From Chrysomallon squamiferum (Eukaryota; Animalia; Mollusca): 64,000 bases of DNA. Position numbers and translations under genes: made by a program. The notes below the pieces were generated by a model. The model was not told the DNA's origin, did not search any database, and was given only the letters and a program-made list of their open reading frames with translations. The DNA is taken from NCBI GenBank assembly GCA_012295275.1, contig CM022666.1, positions 2,356,001-2,420,000 of the forward strand, given 5' to 3'. Positions 40,105-64,000 of the stretch are shown here, piece by piece (position 1 is the first letter of the stretch; each line of letters opens with the position of its first letter).

Positions 40105-40893
40105 AGAAATATTTCTATGTGTAGTCCTCCAGATCTTGTAGTTGTCATGGATACAGATAATGCTGCGGAAATTTCTGTGTGAATCGTAATCTGTTCCATA
40201 CGGTTGTAAATCTTATTAACGGTATCAAATTTATATACGTACATATAAAATAATTATTATTATTTCAGCAGTATTTTACTTTTTACGAGTACATAAGGAA
40301 AATATCGAGGTTTTGTTTCTCAAAGGAATATCTATTACATTTGGACGACAAAGTCCCTTAACACAAGGCCATTATGTAGCTTCTTTAATCGGGCACTGCG
40401 CAAATTACCATGTAAGTTCGAGTGATCGTTTTGTGGTGACGTAAGTCCATACTGATGACGCGATGAGCCTCTTTTTCATTTAACTACCCTGAGATGAAGA
40501 TTCAGGAAATACTTCTATGTGTAGTGCTCCAGATTTTGTAATTGTCATGGATACAGATGCTGCGGAAATTTCTATTTTGAATCGTAATCTATTCCATACA
40601 GTTGTAATCTTGTTAAAGGTATTCAGTTTATATACGTACACATAAAATATAATACAAATAATTTCAGCAATATTTTACTTTTTACGAGTAGACGAGGTGA
40701 AAATCGAGGTTTTGTTTCTCATTACATTTGGACGACAAAGTCCCTTAACACAAGGCCATTATGTAGCTTCTTTAATCGGGCACTGCGCAAATTACCATGT
40801 AAGTACGAATGATCGTTTTGTGGTGACGTAAGTCCATATTGATGACGCGATGAACCCTCTTTTTCATTTAATAACCCTAAGATGAAGATTCAG
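40105..40893. repeat. Two-copy tandem duplication (~390-400 bp) with promoter-like motifs
   Basis: 40105-40504 closely matches 40506-40893. Both contain TGCGCA, TGACGTAA and TGACGCGA. Confidence 0.85.
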
Positions 40894-41054
40894 CGCAGAA
40901 TTTCTTTGGGTTTCGCCATTCTGAAGCGAAGATATTCAGAATATCAGCATAATCTTATTTATGTTATTTGTCATTTTAAATAATATTCCTTAAAAATAAA
41001 TAAGAATATTTTCATTATATGTTTTGCTCATATTACAAAAAATAAATAATAAAC

Positions 41055-41096
<42 letters not shown>

Positions 41097-41819
41097 TAAA
41101 ATAAATAAATAAAAATGTTTTTAAAATATTAATAAAAATAAATAAAATTATAGAAACAAATAGAAATAGGAAAAAATAAAAAATGTCTAGTGTTTAATTA
41201 ATAATAATTGTGTGTTGTTCGTTTCGTTGTTAAAAAATAAATAAATAAATAATAATTTTCAAAAACAATGTTGAATAGATTTCAAAGAACAGATACCAGT
41301 TTTAGATAATTATTAACTAACAAATGTTTCTTAAATACATCTGTAGTGGTCTTTTCCATCTCCTATTCAATATCTTTATTTCAAGTCACATACACTATTC
41401 CACACAGACGTAGCTTTGGAAATAACAGAATTATCATTCATAATTTAATATAATATATGAAGGATTGTGTCATCGATATTATTTAGCTAGATTTTCATTT
41501 TAAACGAGTGCGGATCTTTTAACCTAGAAAATAAGGGGACGTCACCCAGTCGGAATATCACTCAAAACGCGTTACTATTATTCTTGGCGTTAAGTATAAT
41601 ATTTTGCCTTCATTGTCTGTTTTCGATTAACCTAACCTCTAAACCAGATCGATAGAAAGGTCAGAAGTATCCATGTTTTATTCTTCAGGCCAGGCTAAAT
41701 TTATCTGCTGATTTACAGATCCTCCGAGGGTAAAAATTATGAAATAAAATATAAATGTAAAAATGTTTTTGAGGCTTACATCTATTGAAACCCCATCGAA
41801 AAACTTAGGGTCGAAGTAT

Positions 41820-41851
<32 letters not shown>

Positions 41852-42854
41852 TAATAATAAGTTAACAACAACATCAACAACAATAAATAAATAAATAAAT
41901 AAATAATTAAATAATATAAGAAAAAAAAAAATAATAATAAAAAAAAGTGTGATGTCGAGCTTTCATTCTTACTTTGTGTAAACCAATAGTGATACTGAAA
42001 TGAAGTCGTTAAATTGCATGCTATTCATAAACATGGCAGTGCCAACGATATCGATTCTGTTTTAACATTTTATATTTATATTTTGCCTCCTTGTCTTCCA
42101 TTTTCATCCAAAGAGCTGAAAAGAGCTGCAAAACAATTTGTATAAACAGGAATTATATCTGTATTTAAAACTGCACCACATATTCTTTATTTTAACTGAC
42201 GATATCCCTAAACGAACATGTGTCCAGTTTTCATTCTCGAATTCAAGAAGTCTTGCTATATCCACATCGGGTGTCGATTGAAAAAGAAGAAATCTTGAAA
42301 CGATTTTCAGTTATTTTTACTCTGCACAAATAAAACGTTGAAGTGTTGCCTGTTTAGCATTTAAAGTTAGAACTGTATTAGGTTTTTAGGCACTCCAGTT
42401 ATTATATGATTTATCTCGACATTCTTTTAAGTAACTATATGTTTCGCTTTCCAAAGGAGTCTCTTGCTCGAAAATAGTCAAAAGATTTTATCGACTTTTT
42501 TCATCATGGTTTTCTTCCAGACAATGCGGACCATAAATACAGGCACTTTGGAGTACCTACATAAAATGAAAGTTTGAAAAACAAACGAAATTATAATAAT
42601 AATAATAATAATAATAATAATTTAATTTAAAGAACATTAAAGTTTACAGGGAACAAATGGCGTTTTAAGTAGATTGCTAAATACAATGATTTCACACACT
42701 CGAATATCCCATTTAGCAAAAAAAAAAAAAAAAAAAATAATAAAAAAGAAAAAAACGATTATAATACCAGTCATAATCTATATAGATTATACTGGATTGC
42801 GACATTAGATAAGTATTTAGGTTGGCACCTATTTTACAACTGTACGTAATTTTT

Positions 42855-42940
42855 AACCAATGAAAATGATGTGACGTCACACTATTGCGAAATCGTCCCA
42901 CTAAAATTGCTGCATTTTCACTGACGTACCACTTTCAGTA
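42855..42940 (+). promoter_or_regulatory. Putative distal eIF4A promoter (CCAAT, palindromic CRE, half CRE, Inr)
   Basis: CCAAT at 42857, GTGACGTCAC at 42871-42880, TGACGT at ~42922 and TTTCAGTA at ~42932. Confidence 0.5.
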
Positions 42941-42986
42941 AATACAATCGAACAAGAAACATACTAAAAAGAAGTGAGAATTTTCA

Positions 42987-43171
42987 ATGAGTAGATCTGA
43001 AATTAATTACAGTTACCACGAGTCCTCTTACTCCGATCGGTACTACGACCAAAAAAGAGTAAGGCAATCTCCACGTGGTAGCCCCGATTTCGAGAGAGGG
43101 AATAAACGGGACAGAAGAGGTCATGTGTCATACAAAAATAACAACCAATGGATATCAAATGGATATGACAG
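42987..43171 (+). CDS. eIF4A: Putative alternative first coding exon of eIF4A (R/S/Y/D-rich N-terminal extension)
   Basis: ATG at 42987 opens MSRSEINYSYHESSYSDRYYDQKRVRQSPRGSPDFERGNKRDRRGHVSYKNNNQWISNGYD. It ends at donor AG|GTATGA (43171/43172) in phase 2, the phase required by exon 2 at 44852. It is preceded by CCAAT, TGACGTCA and an Inr-like TCAGT. Confidence 0.6.
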
Positions 43172-43831
43172 GTATGAAATGCGAATTTGGATTTATGATT
43201 ATCCGTATACAGAATCGTAGATATATCTTAATAATGTTATTATTATTTTATTTCAAATTAATTTTCACACTGTATTTTTATTGTTGTTATAAAAGAAAGA
43301 CTTCATCAAATTAAATTTAATATATAGTTGACGAAATTTAATCATTTCACGATAGTGGATGACTCAATGACGTGCCTGAAAATACTTTCTAAATTTATTT
43401 TGTTATTGTATCTATAAAAAATATCTACACGTTTTAACTATCCAGCCTTAGTATTATATTTAGGAAGGATGTGGATAATAGAATTATAATTTTTATTTAA
43501 AGTACCACTAAATTCAGTGATTGACATTTCCACTCCCAAGATAGTGACGTCACGTGCCAGAAATGGCGAACCCACATTGATAGACATTCGACGTACTTGC
43601 GGTGTATTCATCCGCGTTAGAGTTTAAAAACATGAATAAATAAACAGAACAAATCAAATTATTCCTACGTTGTATTCTAAAGTACAAGTATCAATATATC
43701 AATTCAGTTGAGATAGCTGAAATTAATTAAACGCAGCTTAAACTTAGCGATAAAATTGCGTAATCGTCAACTTTTCCGCTGAGTGATTAGGCTTGCTCCT
43801 TCCTTTTATCGCGGAGCGAAAGAGAAAGAAC

Positions 43832-56357
<12,526 letters not shown>

Positions 56358-57627
56358 CTTAAACTATACATAGGAGAATTGTGTCGGTTATTAAACTACT
56401 AATTTGATGATGGAATTCTGGTGGAAATGTTTATTGTCCTTTGTAAAACGTGACTGCATCGGTCAATTGGTTCTTTTTTCTGTAAACGTAAAATTCTCTC
56501 AATATCATGAATAAGAAATTGATCAGTTTATGAACTTTATTATATAAAATGCTGTTGAGAGAAGAAATGTATATGTCTGTAATTATTGTATGAATAGTTT
56601 TTCTTTCTTTTTTTTTTTTTTCTTTCTTGGCAATCGATGTATCATTTACTTTTAAAATAAAGAAAATGATCTAACAATTTTTTCATTTGTCCATTGTGCA
56701 TTTGTATTTAAAAAAAAAAAATTAAAAAAAAAATTAACAAAAAAAAAGCAAATTCTCATTTTAAAAGACGAATTGAAAAAAATTTGGTGTACAGATCATG
56801 GTTTTCATAAGTGTTGTTGCAATCTTATATATTATTTGTAAAATAGCAACTCGCTCCAAAGTGACCAACAAGTTGGTCATTTTCAAACTATTACATGAAT
56901 GTTCTTGTGAAATAAATATACTAGATGTAATTAAAAATCTTTCAAACAAGCTGATGTTTTGTTATTTTTAATTTCGTTTTTCATTTCTGCAGACTGGAAA
57001 TAAATAGTACTCTTACATTTTATTTAAAACATTATTGGTTGGTGTTTATTCCAGAATTCAAAGAAAATAGAATCCAAACATTTTAATTGCAGAAATTTCT
57101 TCTGAATATCCACTAAAAAGCGATGGTCCAGCCTTTAAGAACTTTTTATCTTCTGCTGTGCAAAATGTCATCTTTAACTGGGGCAGATTAGAGCAACTCA
57201 CAATCTTTTTGTTTTATTTTTTTCTACTCATACATACAAACACCAATAAAACCAATAAAATAAAACATAAGTCAAAAGGTTTCATATAAATGTAATCTTT
57301 AATCTTTTTTTTTTTTTCAATTTTTTTTTTTTCAGTTTTTTTGTAAATAGATCATAGGAAAGGTTGAAAATGAGTAATTGAAAATACAGATTTTACAAAT
57401 ATGATTGTTTTATTTTATATATATATATATAAATTAAATAATATTAAAGCACTTTTCAACACAGGAATAAGCAACATTTTTCAAGTGCAGAAGCTATGCT
57501 GATAGCTTTGTTTAAAAAAAAAAAAAAAAAAAATTAAAATTGAATTAGTTGCTATGGTAATATACCTATACTTTGGTCTTTTGCTAAATTAAAGGGAGCT
57601 GATCTTAAATTTTGGCACCATAATTTA

Positions 57628-57668
<41 letters not shown>

Positions 57669-58296
57669 TTAATTCACACAAACACACATTTCCTCCAAAA
57701 TATGTCAGCTTGCTTCGTTCAGTTTTATGTGAATTTGGAGGTTCATCAATAAATTTGAAGTCAAAACATTTATCATCTGAGGTATAAATGCTTACCTCTT
57801 ATAAAATCTAAATTGTGAAGTCCCATACTTATGTTTAGTAAATCTAAATGTCTGAAGTCTAAATGTGTAAACTATATTGAAGAAACAATAAAACAAATAA
57901 AAATGTAGATAGATAAATAGTAATAATGTATAATAAAATGTTTCCAGCCAATTATTAAAAACAAAATTAATGTCTAGTTAGAAACATTTGGAGATAACCC
58001 TGCCCCTCAAACTGTCCTTTTGAGTACAATGCTTGCTACAAGAATGTGATTGTATGTTTGTACAATTTGGCAGTTTCATCATAAAGAATAGAAGTAAAAT
58101 AATAATGAATCTCTATGCCTGAAATTGCACTTAAAATTAAAAATGCATGTAATGTTATATTTGTCAATGCTGATGGAATTATTTAAATGATTTTGCTTTA
58201 GAAATGGAAGTAACAGCTGACCGTTTGGCAGTTTTAATGGAATAATGGTGGTTTGAAAAATGGAAGTAAATTGGTTCAACAAGAAAAAAAAAAAAG

Positions 58297-58329
<33 letters not shown>

Positions 58330-61300
58330 AACACCCCCCTCATTATAATGAATATAAATAAATAAATAAATAAATTTGGATTATAAGCTGAGAGTAATAT
58401 TTCAGTAAAAAAAACTTTTCACCATGTATATGAAAAATTATATATTTTGTGCAGAATAAAGAAAAACATTTAACTGACAAATCGACTATAGTGTGATGTT
58501 TTTTTGATAGCACACAAAAAGAAATAAACTAAAAATCTAAATATATATATATTTCTTAAACTTTAAGCTTATTAAGCCAGAATACTGAAGCTTAAGTTTC
58601 CATTTAAAATTTTTAAATAGTTAAATGTATGTTTCTGAACTAAAAAATAATAATAAAAGGTAAAAAGTTTTGGGAAAAAACAATAAAGGTAACAACTAGG
58701 GTGGGGAAAGATTTAAGAAGATGTAAGGTAAGGCACATATTTATTTTTAAAAAACCTAAAAAAAAAAAAAAAAAAAAAAACCTAACTAATAATAAAATTA
58801 AACCAAACACTAATAATAATAATAATAATAATAACATAATAAAATAGGGTTAAAAAATAAAATTCAAATTTTTTTTGGTAAAACCATTATATTGCCTTAT
58901 ATGACAGTATTTAATGGGACTGATTCTAGTTCATTTATTAAGGACAATGGGCCATTTCATAAATTGTTGCTATTGTTACCATCATTTAATGTTCTAGACT
59001 CTCTTATTGTACAAATTTAATGTTCCCACATATAATTTTGTATACATTCTGATATAATTTTAATATATTCTGTACCATGCTTTTGTGTTTTTGATATAAA
59101 ATAAGTGTAAATTCTGATATAATTTTAATATAATATTCTTTATCATACTTTTGTTTCTGATGCAATGTTCTAGTATAATGTTCCACATCAAATTCCAATG
59201 TAACTTTATTATGATGTTCTCTTCTGTATGTTTGTTTATATTTCTGATATAAAACTTCTAGTACAACATAATTCTTTTACTATCTGAATGCAATGAATAT
59301 GTGTACAATTCTGATAAAAAATTAAATAACGCGACTGATACTAATACACTGTTCTATGAACCGTAACTCGAAATACTATTCTAGATTCCAGTGCTCAAGT
59401 AATTCTACACCTAGGTACAGTATTTTATGCTCTACATGACTATAGCATTTTACAGTATAAAATGATGTAATGTTTTAAAAGATATTTAATATATTCAGCA
59501 GTAGTTCAGATGCAAAGGCAGAAACCCCCTTTAATGTATGATTAAGACAACTTATGACTGTGAGATCAACATTATGTGTGTATGTATATATATATGTGTT
59601 TATATATTTTATATATATAATTAAAGAATATTTTGCAGAACGTTTTTTTTTTTTAAATTACTACCTCATGAATCATGCATATTAAATTAAAAAGATGGGA
59701 GACGAGAAATGATTTAAAAATATTATCTACTCGTTTTTGTTACCTTATAAAGGTAACACTGGTTGCCATGGAAACAAGACTAGTGAAGCATTGATTTTAA
59801 TCCTTATAAATTGTTAGAATGTTTACAATATTTTAAGATAAGCCCCCATCCCTCAACCCACCCCCACAAAAAAGGTGCAAATTTGGAAATACTAATGAAT
59901 ATAATAGGAGAAAAGGTGAATTTTTATTTTTCCATTCTGAATATCTGAATTGATGGAAAATTATTTTGCACTGATATTTTTTGTTTTAGCAGCTGAGAAA
60001 TTAAACTTTAGCTACAGTTCTGATAAATAACTAAATTATTTTAATTCGAAACAAACTTGCCTAACTTCTAGCAGTGGCTAATAATAATAATGTTTTTCTT
60101 TAAATCTAATTAAAAAAAACCTAGTTATCTAAGAAATGCTTATAAAACTAATAAAGACGTATAAATATATATGTATTTTTTATCGTAATTATCAAATATT
60201 TTACCATTCTTCCTTTTTCTTCTTTTTCAAGCAAATAAAAAAAGCATTTTTAAATCTTTACCCAATTAAGCAGGCAGAAAAGATGAAAAACAATGAAACA
60301 ACATTTATATGTATATTTCAGTTGTGCAAAATTTAAGTGTGAAAATTGTATAAAAACTTATAACAAGATAGAAAACATAATAACAGCAAATATTTGTGTA
60401 AAATATACTTCTCAATCAATGAGAAATTTACAAAAATATACATTAATATGCATAACAACGTGCTTTTATCAATAATAAGTATATACGTTTTGAAATGGAA
60501 AAAAAAAGGACAAATACAAACATACATCTCATAATATACAAATATACTTATGTAACTTTTTTCTTTCTTTTTTTTGAATAATGAAATAGAAAAAAATGTT
60601 TAATATTTGAAAATAATGAAGCTTTGTACAAATGAAATGAAAAACATATATCTTTTTACATAGATGATATTATCAAAACCAATCATACATACAAAAAGAA
60701 AAATGGAGTTGTCTAAGGGAAGTAACTCATACTTGCTACCACAAGGAACCTTATTAGAATAGATTAAATATATAATCTGTCATATAGAAAATAGTTCTGA
60801 TAGTGAATATAAATGTATAAAACATTTTGATATCTTAAGAGGTAATTACAGGAAAAGACTACAGATGTGAAAAATAATATAAATAAAAGAAAAATGAACT
60901 TAAATTAGTTAACGTCTTCATTCAATCAAGTTTTTTTTTGTTGTTTTTCATATAAAAATAATTTATTAAATTTAATTAACATTTCTGCCTTCAGTTTTCA
61001 TCATTAACTTTAAAATTCTTGTGTTTAAAACTGAAATGTTAACAGGAAAAAGAATTATAATTTAACTGTTTGTTAATTTTGTTTTGTTGTATTGTAAGTT
61101 GTGATCATAATTTTCAAATATGTTCGTTGGTTAGCCACATGGATTTCAAAATTTATTATTTTTTGGTTGTCATTGTTCTTTAATTTTCTTATTCATCTAA
61201 CTGTTTTTGAAAAATTAATTATGGAATCAAATGAAATTGCCAAAAAAGAAAACAAATATAATAAAATAAGAGCAATGAAGCTGTATAACACAGGAAGTGA

Positions 61301-61381
61301 TCTACAGAGAACAGCATTGTTCACAGTCACTGCTTGATTTATACTTAATAAGCAAATGAAAAAAAAAAATATATATTTAAC

Positions 61382-61418
<37 letters not shown>

Positions 61419-62694
61419 GATGCATCAAAGTTCTTCAAAACCCAAAATCATAAATTTAAAAAAAAAAAAAATGTATCCACATATCCACAATAAAAAAAAA
61501 AAAACACAGAAAAACTAGACATAATAAAATAAATAAATAAATAAAAAATATCCCTGTATATAACAAATTTCTTATTCAGTATATAGATATATAATCTATA
61601 TATTTATGCCATTTAAAGATGAACTCAGAGAATTGCACTTACTGTCACAAAATAACTTCTGATAACACAAAACATAATAATAATAAGTGACAGACATACA
61701 GACAGACAGACAAACGAAAAAAATATATTTTCTTTGGTAAAAAAACAGACACAAACAGACCAGCTGTTGTGATTAAATCGAGATCTTGGGAAAGAAGAAA
61801 AAAAATTAAAAAAAAAAAAATAATAATAAAGTTCAGTCACTGACTTTTGATATAAAAACACCTGTATGTCACAAAGCACACATCAGTTCGTTAAAGGTAG
61901 TTGAAATATTTTGAAATGATCCGTGACAATCAAGGGAAAATATTGTTGTTAAATTATGCATTCTCACATTTTCACATCTTAAAATCTGTTCCCTCTCCAG
62001 ACTTTGAACTCAAAACCTCATTGTTATCATTTAGAAAAAGAAAAGAAAGTAATGAAGGTAATTTGGATAATATTTTTCATACTCCTTGATTTTACTGATA
62101 ATCCTTTTACTATTAAAATATATAGTAAAAACATAATAATAATAGTGGAAAAGTTTCTCTGATTTTGGTTTTGACATTTTCAGTTTTCTATATAAATTTT
62201 AGAGTATCAAGAAAAAACACACAAAAAAAAAAAAAAAATAAAATAAAATAAAAAAAAACATTGTTGAAAGAAAAAAAACAATAAAACACAAAGAAAAATA
62301 CTGAAATCTATTACAATAAGTTATGTAACTTACATAGTAGAATAAAATAATTTGTAAATTACTAATAAGAGTTTATTATAATCATCTATACAAAATTAAA
62401 AAAAATTCTTGTATATATTATGTATAAAGTTTTGGTTGATTTCTGCCAGATTCTTTTTGATTATAAAATCAGAAAAGTTCAGTTTTGGTACAAGTGAGAC
62501 TTCTTACACCAGTAGCTTTGAAAAATTGTTTCTGACATCATTTTAATATTATTCTTACATAAACTATCATTTCAGAATAAAGAAATAAAAAAAAGGCACA
62601 GATTCTAAAAGGGCATGGGTACATTTAATATAAAAATAATTCACAGGCACTGACATATATAGGAGATAACATAGGCAGATACATATATACAGAA

Positions 62695-62850
62695 GATAAC
62701 ACACTAACATATACATTAGGCAACATATGGGTACCGACATACAAATAACACACTAACATAAACATTAGGCAACACATGGTTACCGACATACAAATAACAC
62801 ACAAACATATACATTAAACAACACATGGGCATGTAATAAATAACACAAAG
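62695..62850. repeat. ~49-bp tandem repeat x3
   Basis: ATAACACACTAACATATACATTAGGCAACA..GGTACCGACATACAA is repeated. Confidence 0.75.
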
Positions 62851-64000
62851 GCTCAGTCACATAAAGAATAACATACAAAGTTACATGTGGACACAGACGT
62901 TATGCAGAGTAACATTCAAGCACATTCAGAAAACAAGACTTGGGCACTGTCAAACACTGATGTGTAAACACTAACATATGATATACATATATAAAACACA
63001 CATATACAGACAGTAAAACAGATGTATACATTTAAAAAAACACACACGTCACAGTCACTGAATTGTCCACATACAGATTCATCAGTATGAACACACATAA
63101 AAACCATAACATTAACAGGGTCTGATATAAACACTTAAGCACCTTTGGTAGAATTCACAGTTCCTGGGGTGAAGGGGGGTGTGGGGATAAGTGGTTAGGG
63201 GATCTTGGGCAGTACAAACAAAAAAAGAAGTAATAATAAATATACAAAATATAATAAAAAGGTGCATACAGGGAGAGAAGGTTTTGTACATTCAAAAACA
63301 TATTACATGATTTCGTTATTTATTCAGATACTGTTAGATGCAAATTGATTTGAATAAGAAAATGAGATTTTTTTTCTTTTTTTTTTTTTTTTTTGCATGA
63401 ATATTGTAATGAAATAAATACACTGTTAATTCTTTAGACAAAACTCCCAACAAGTTGGGTGTCTCGGTCTTTTTCAAAATCCTTGATTTTTCACAGGTTT
63501 TGTTTCAAAGGTGTAAGAAGTCATCACTATGCAGGTATAAATACGCATGCATGCATGCACGCACACACACACATTGACCTTTATTTTATCTTACTACACA
63601 ATATAAAAATGAATTGTTAATTTCAAGTTTTTAGTCAGAAAGTACAGTATCATTTCAAAGTAACCAAAACGGAAATTTTTTCATTTAAATGAAAATTGAC
63701 CTCATTTCAGTGTTCTTGTTAATATGAACATTTAAGAGAAGTTACCAGTCATATCCTAGCAATACAAAAATGAAAGAAATGGTGTATAAATATAAATAAA
63801 TAAAATATATATATATATATACATATACCATTTCTTTATATATAATTTATTAAGAAACTTAATTTTACATTTATTTTAAACCAAACCCAAATTATTAAAA
63901 GGAAAAAAATAAAAAATAAAAAATAAAAAAATTAATAAAAAGTGAACAAAATATAGAAGAAGTAGTTGAAAAACATTTATATATTATACTCCAATATTAA

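Larger units (their letters stand above)
18280..40160. repeat. Tandem array of 11 copies of an unidentified small gene-like unit (short ~1.42 kb and long ~3.15 kb units)
   Basis: The core recurs at 19139, 21427, 22852, 24272, 27424, 28845, 32008, 33436, 34861, 36283 and, diverged, ~38516. Spacings are 2288, 1425, 1420, 3152, 1421, 3163, 1428, 1425, 1422 and ~2235. Confidence 0.97.

Noticed and set aside
40420-40495. Possible C/D snoRNA (TGATC..CTGA..CGATGA..CTGA)
   Set aside because: The C box is imperfect, the location is intergenic, no guide was recognised, and both D boxes are lost in the duplicate.
57000-64000. Short ORFs in the right-hand 7 kb
   Set aside because: They are compositionally biased with no splice-supported exons or recognisable domains; this is probably UTR, intron or intergenic DNA.

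Overview
This window is very AT-rich, microsatellite-laden animal genomic DNA with spliceosomal GT-AG introns. Degenerate SINE remnants suggest a gastropod mollusc, which is an inference. It holds two divergently transcribed multi-exon genes: an XRRA1 orthologue (LRR protein, minus strand, 15 coding exons, 4158-17030) and eIF4A (DEAD-box helicase, plus strand, 9 coding exons, 43832-56357). The eIF4A introns host four H/ACA snoRNAs of the SNORA21/snR10 type, two per intron. eIF4A also has a likely second promoter and alternative first exon (42987-43171) that would add an R/S/Y/D-rich N-terminal tail. Between the genes lies a ~22 kb tandem array (~18.3-40.2 kb) of 11 copies of an unidentified small transcription unit, arranged in 1.42 kb and 3.15 kb units. 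Each copy has promoter motifs, an Inr, a splice donor and a hairpin-rich ~300 nt region; 10 copies also keep an intact 64-codon ORF. The long units carry an inverted copy of sequence upstream of XRRA1. All calls were read by eye; no database searches or folding programs were run.
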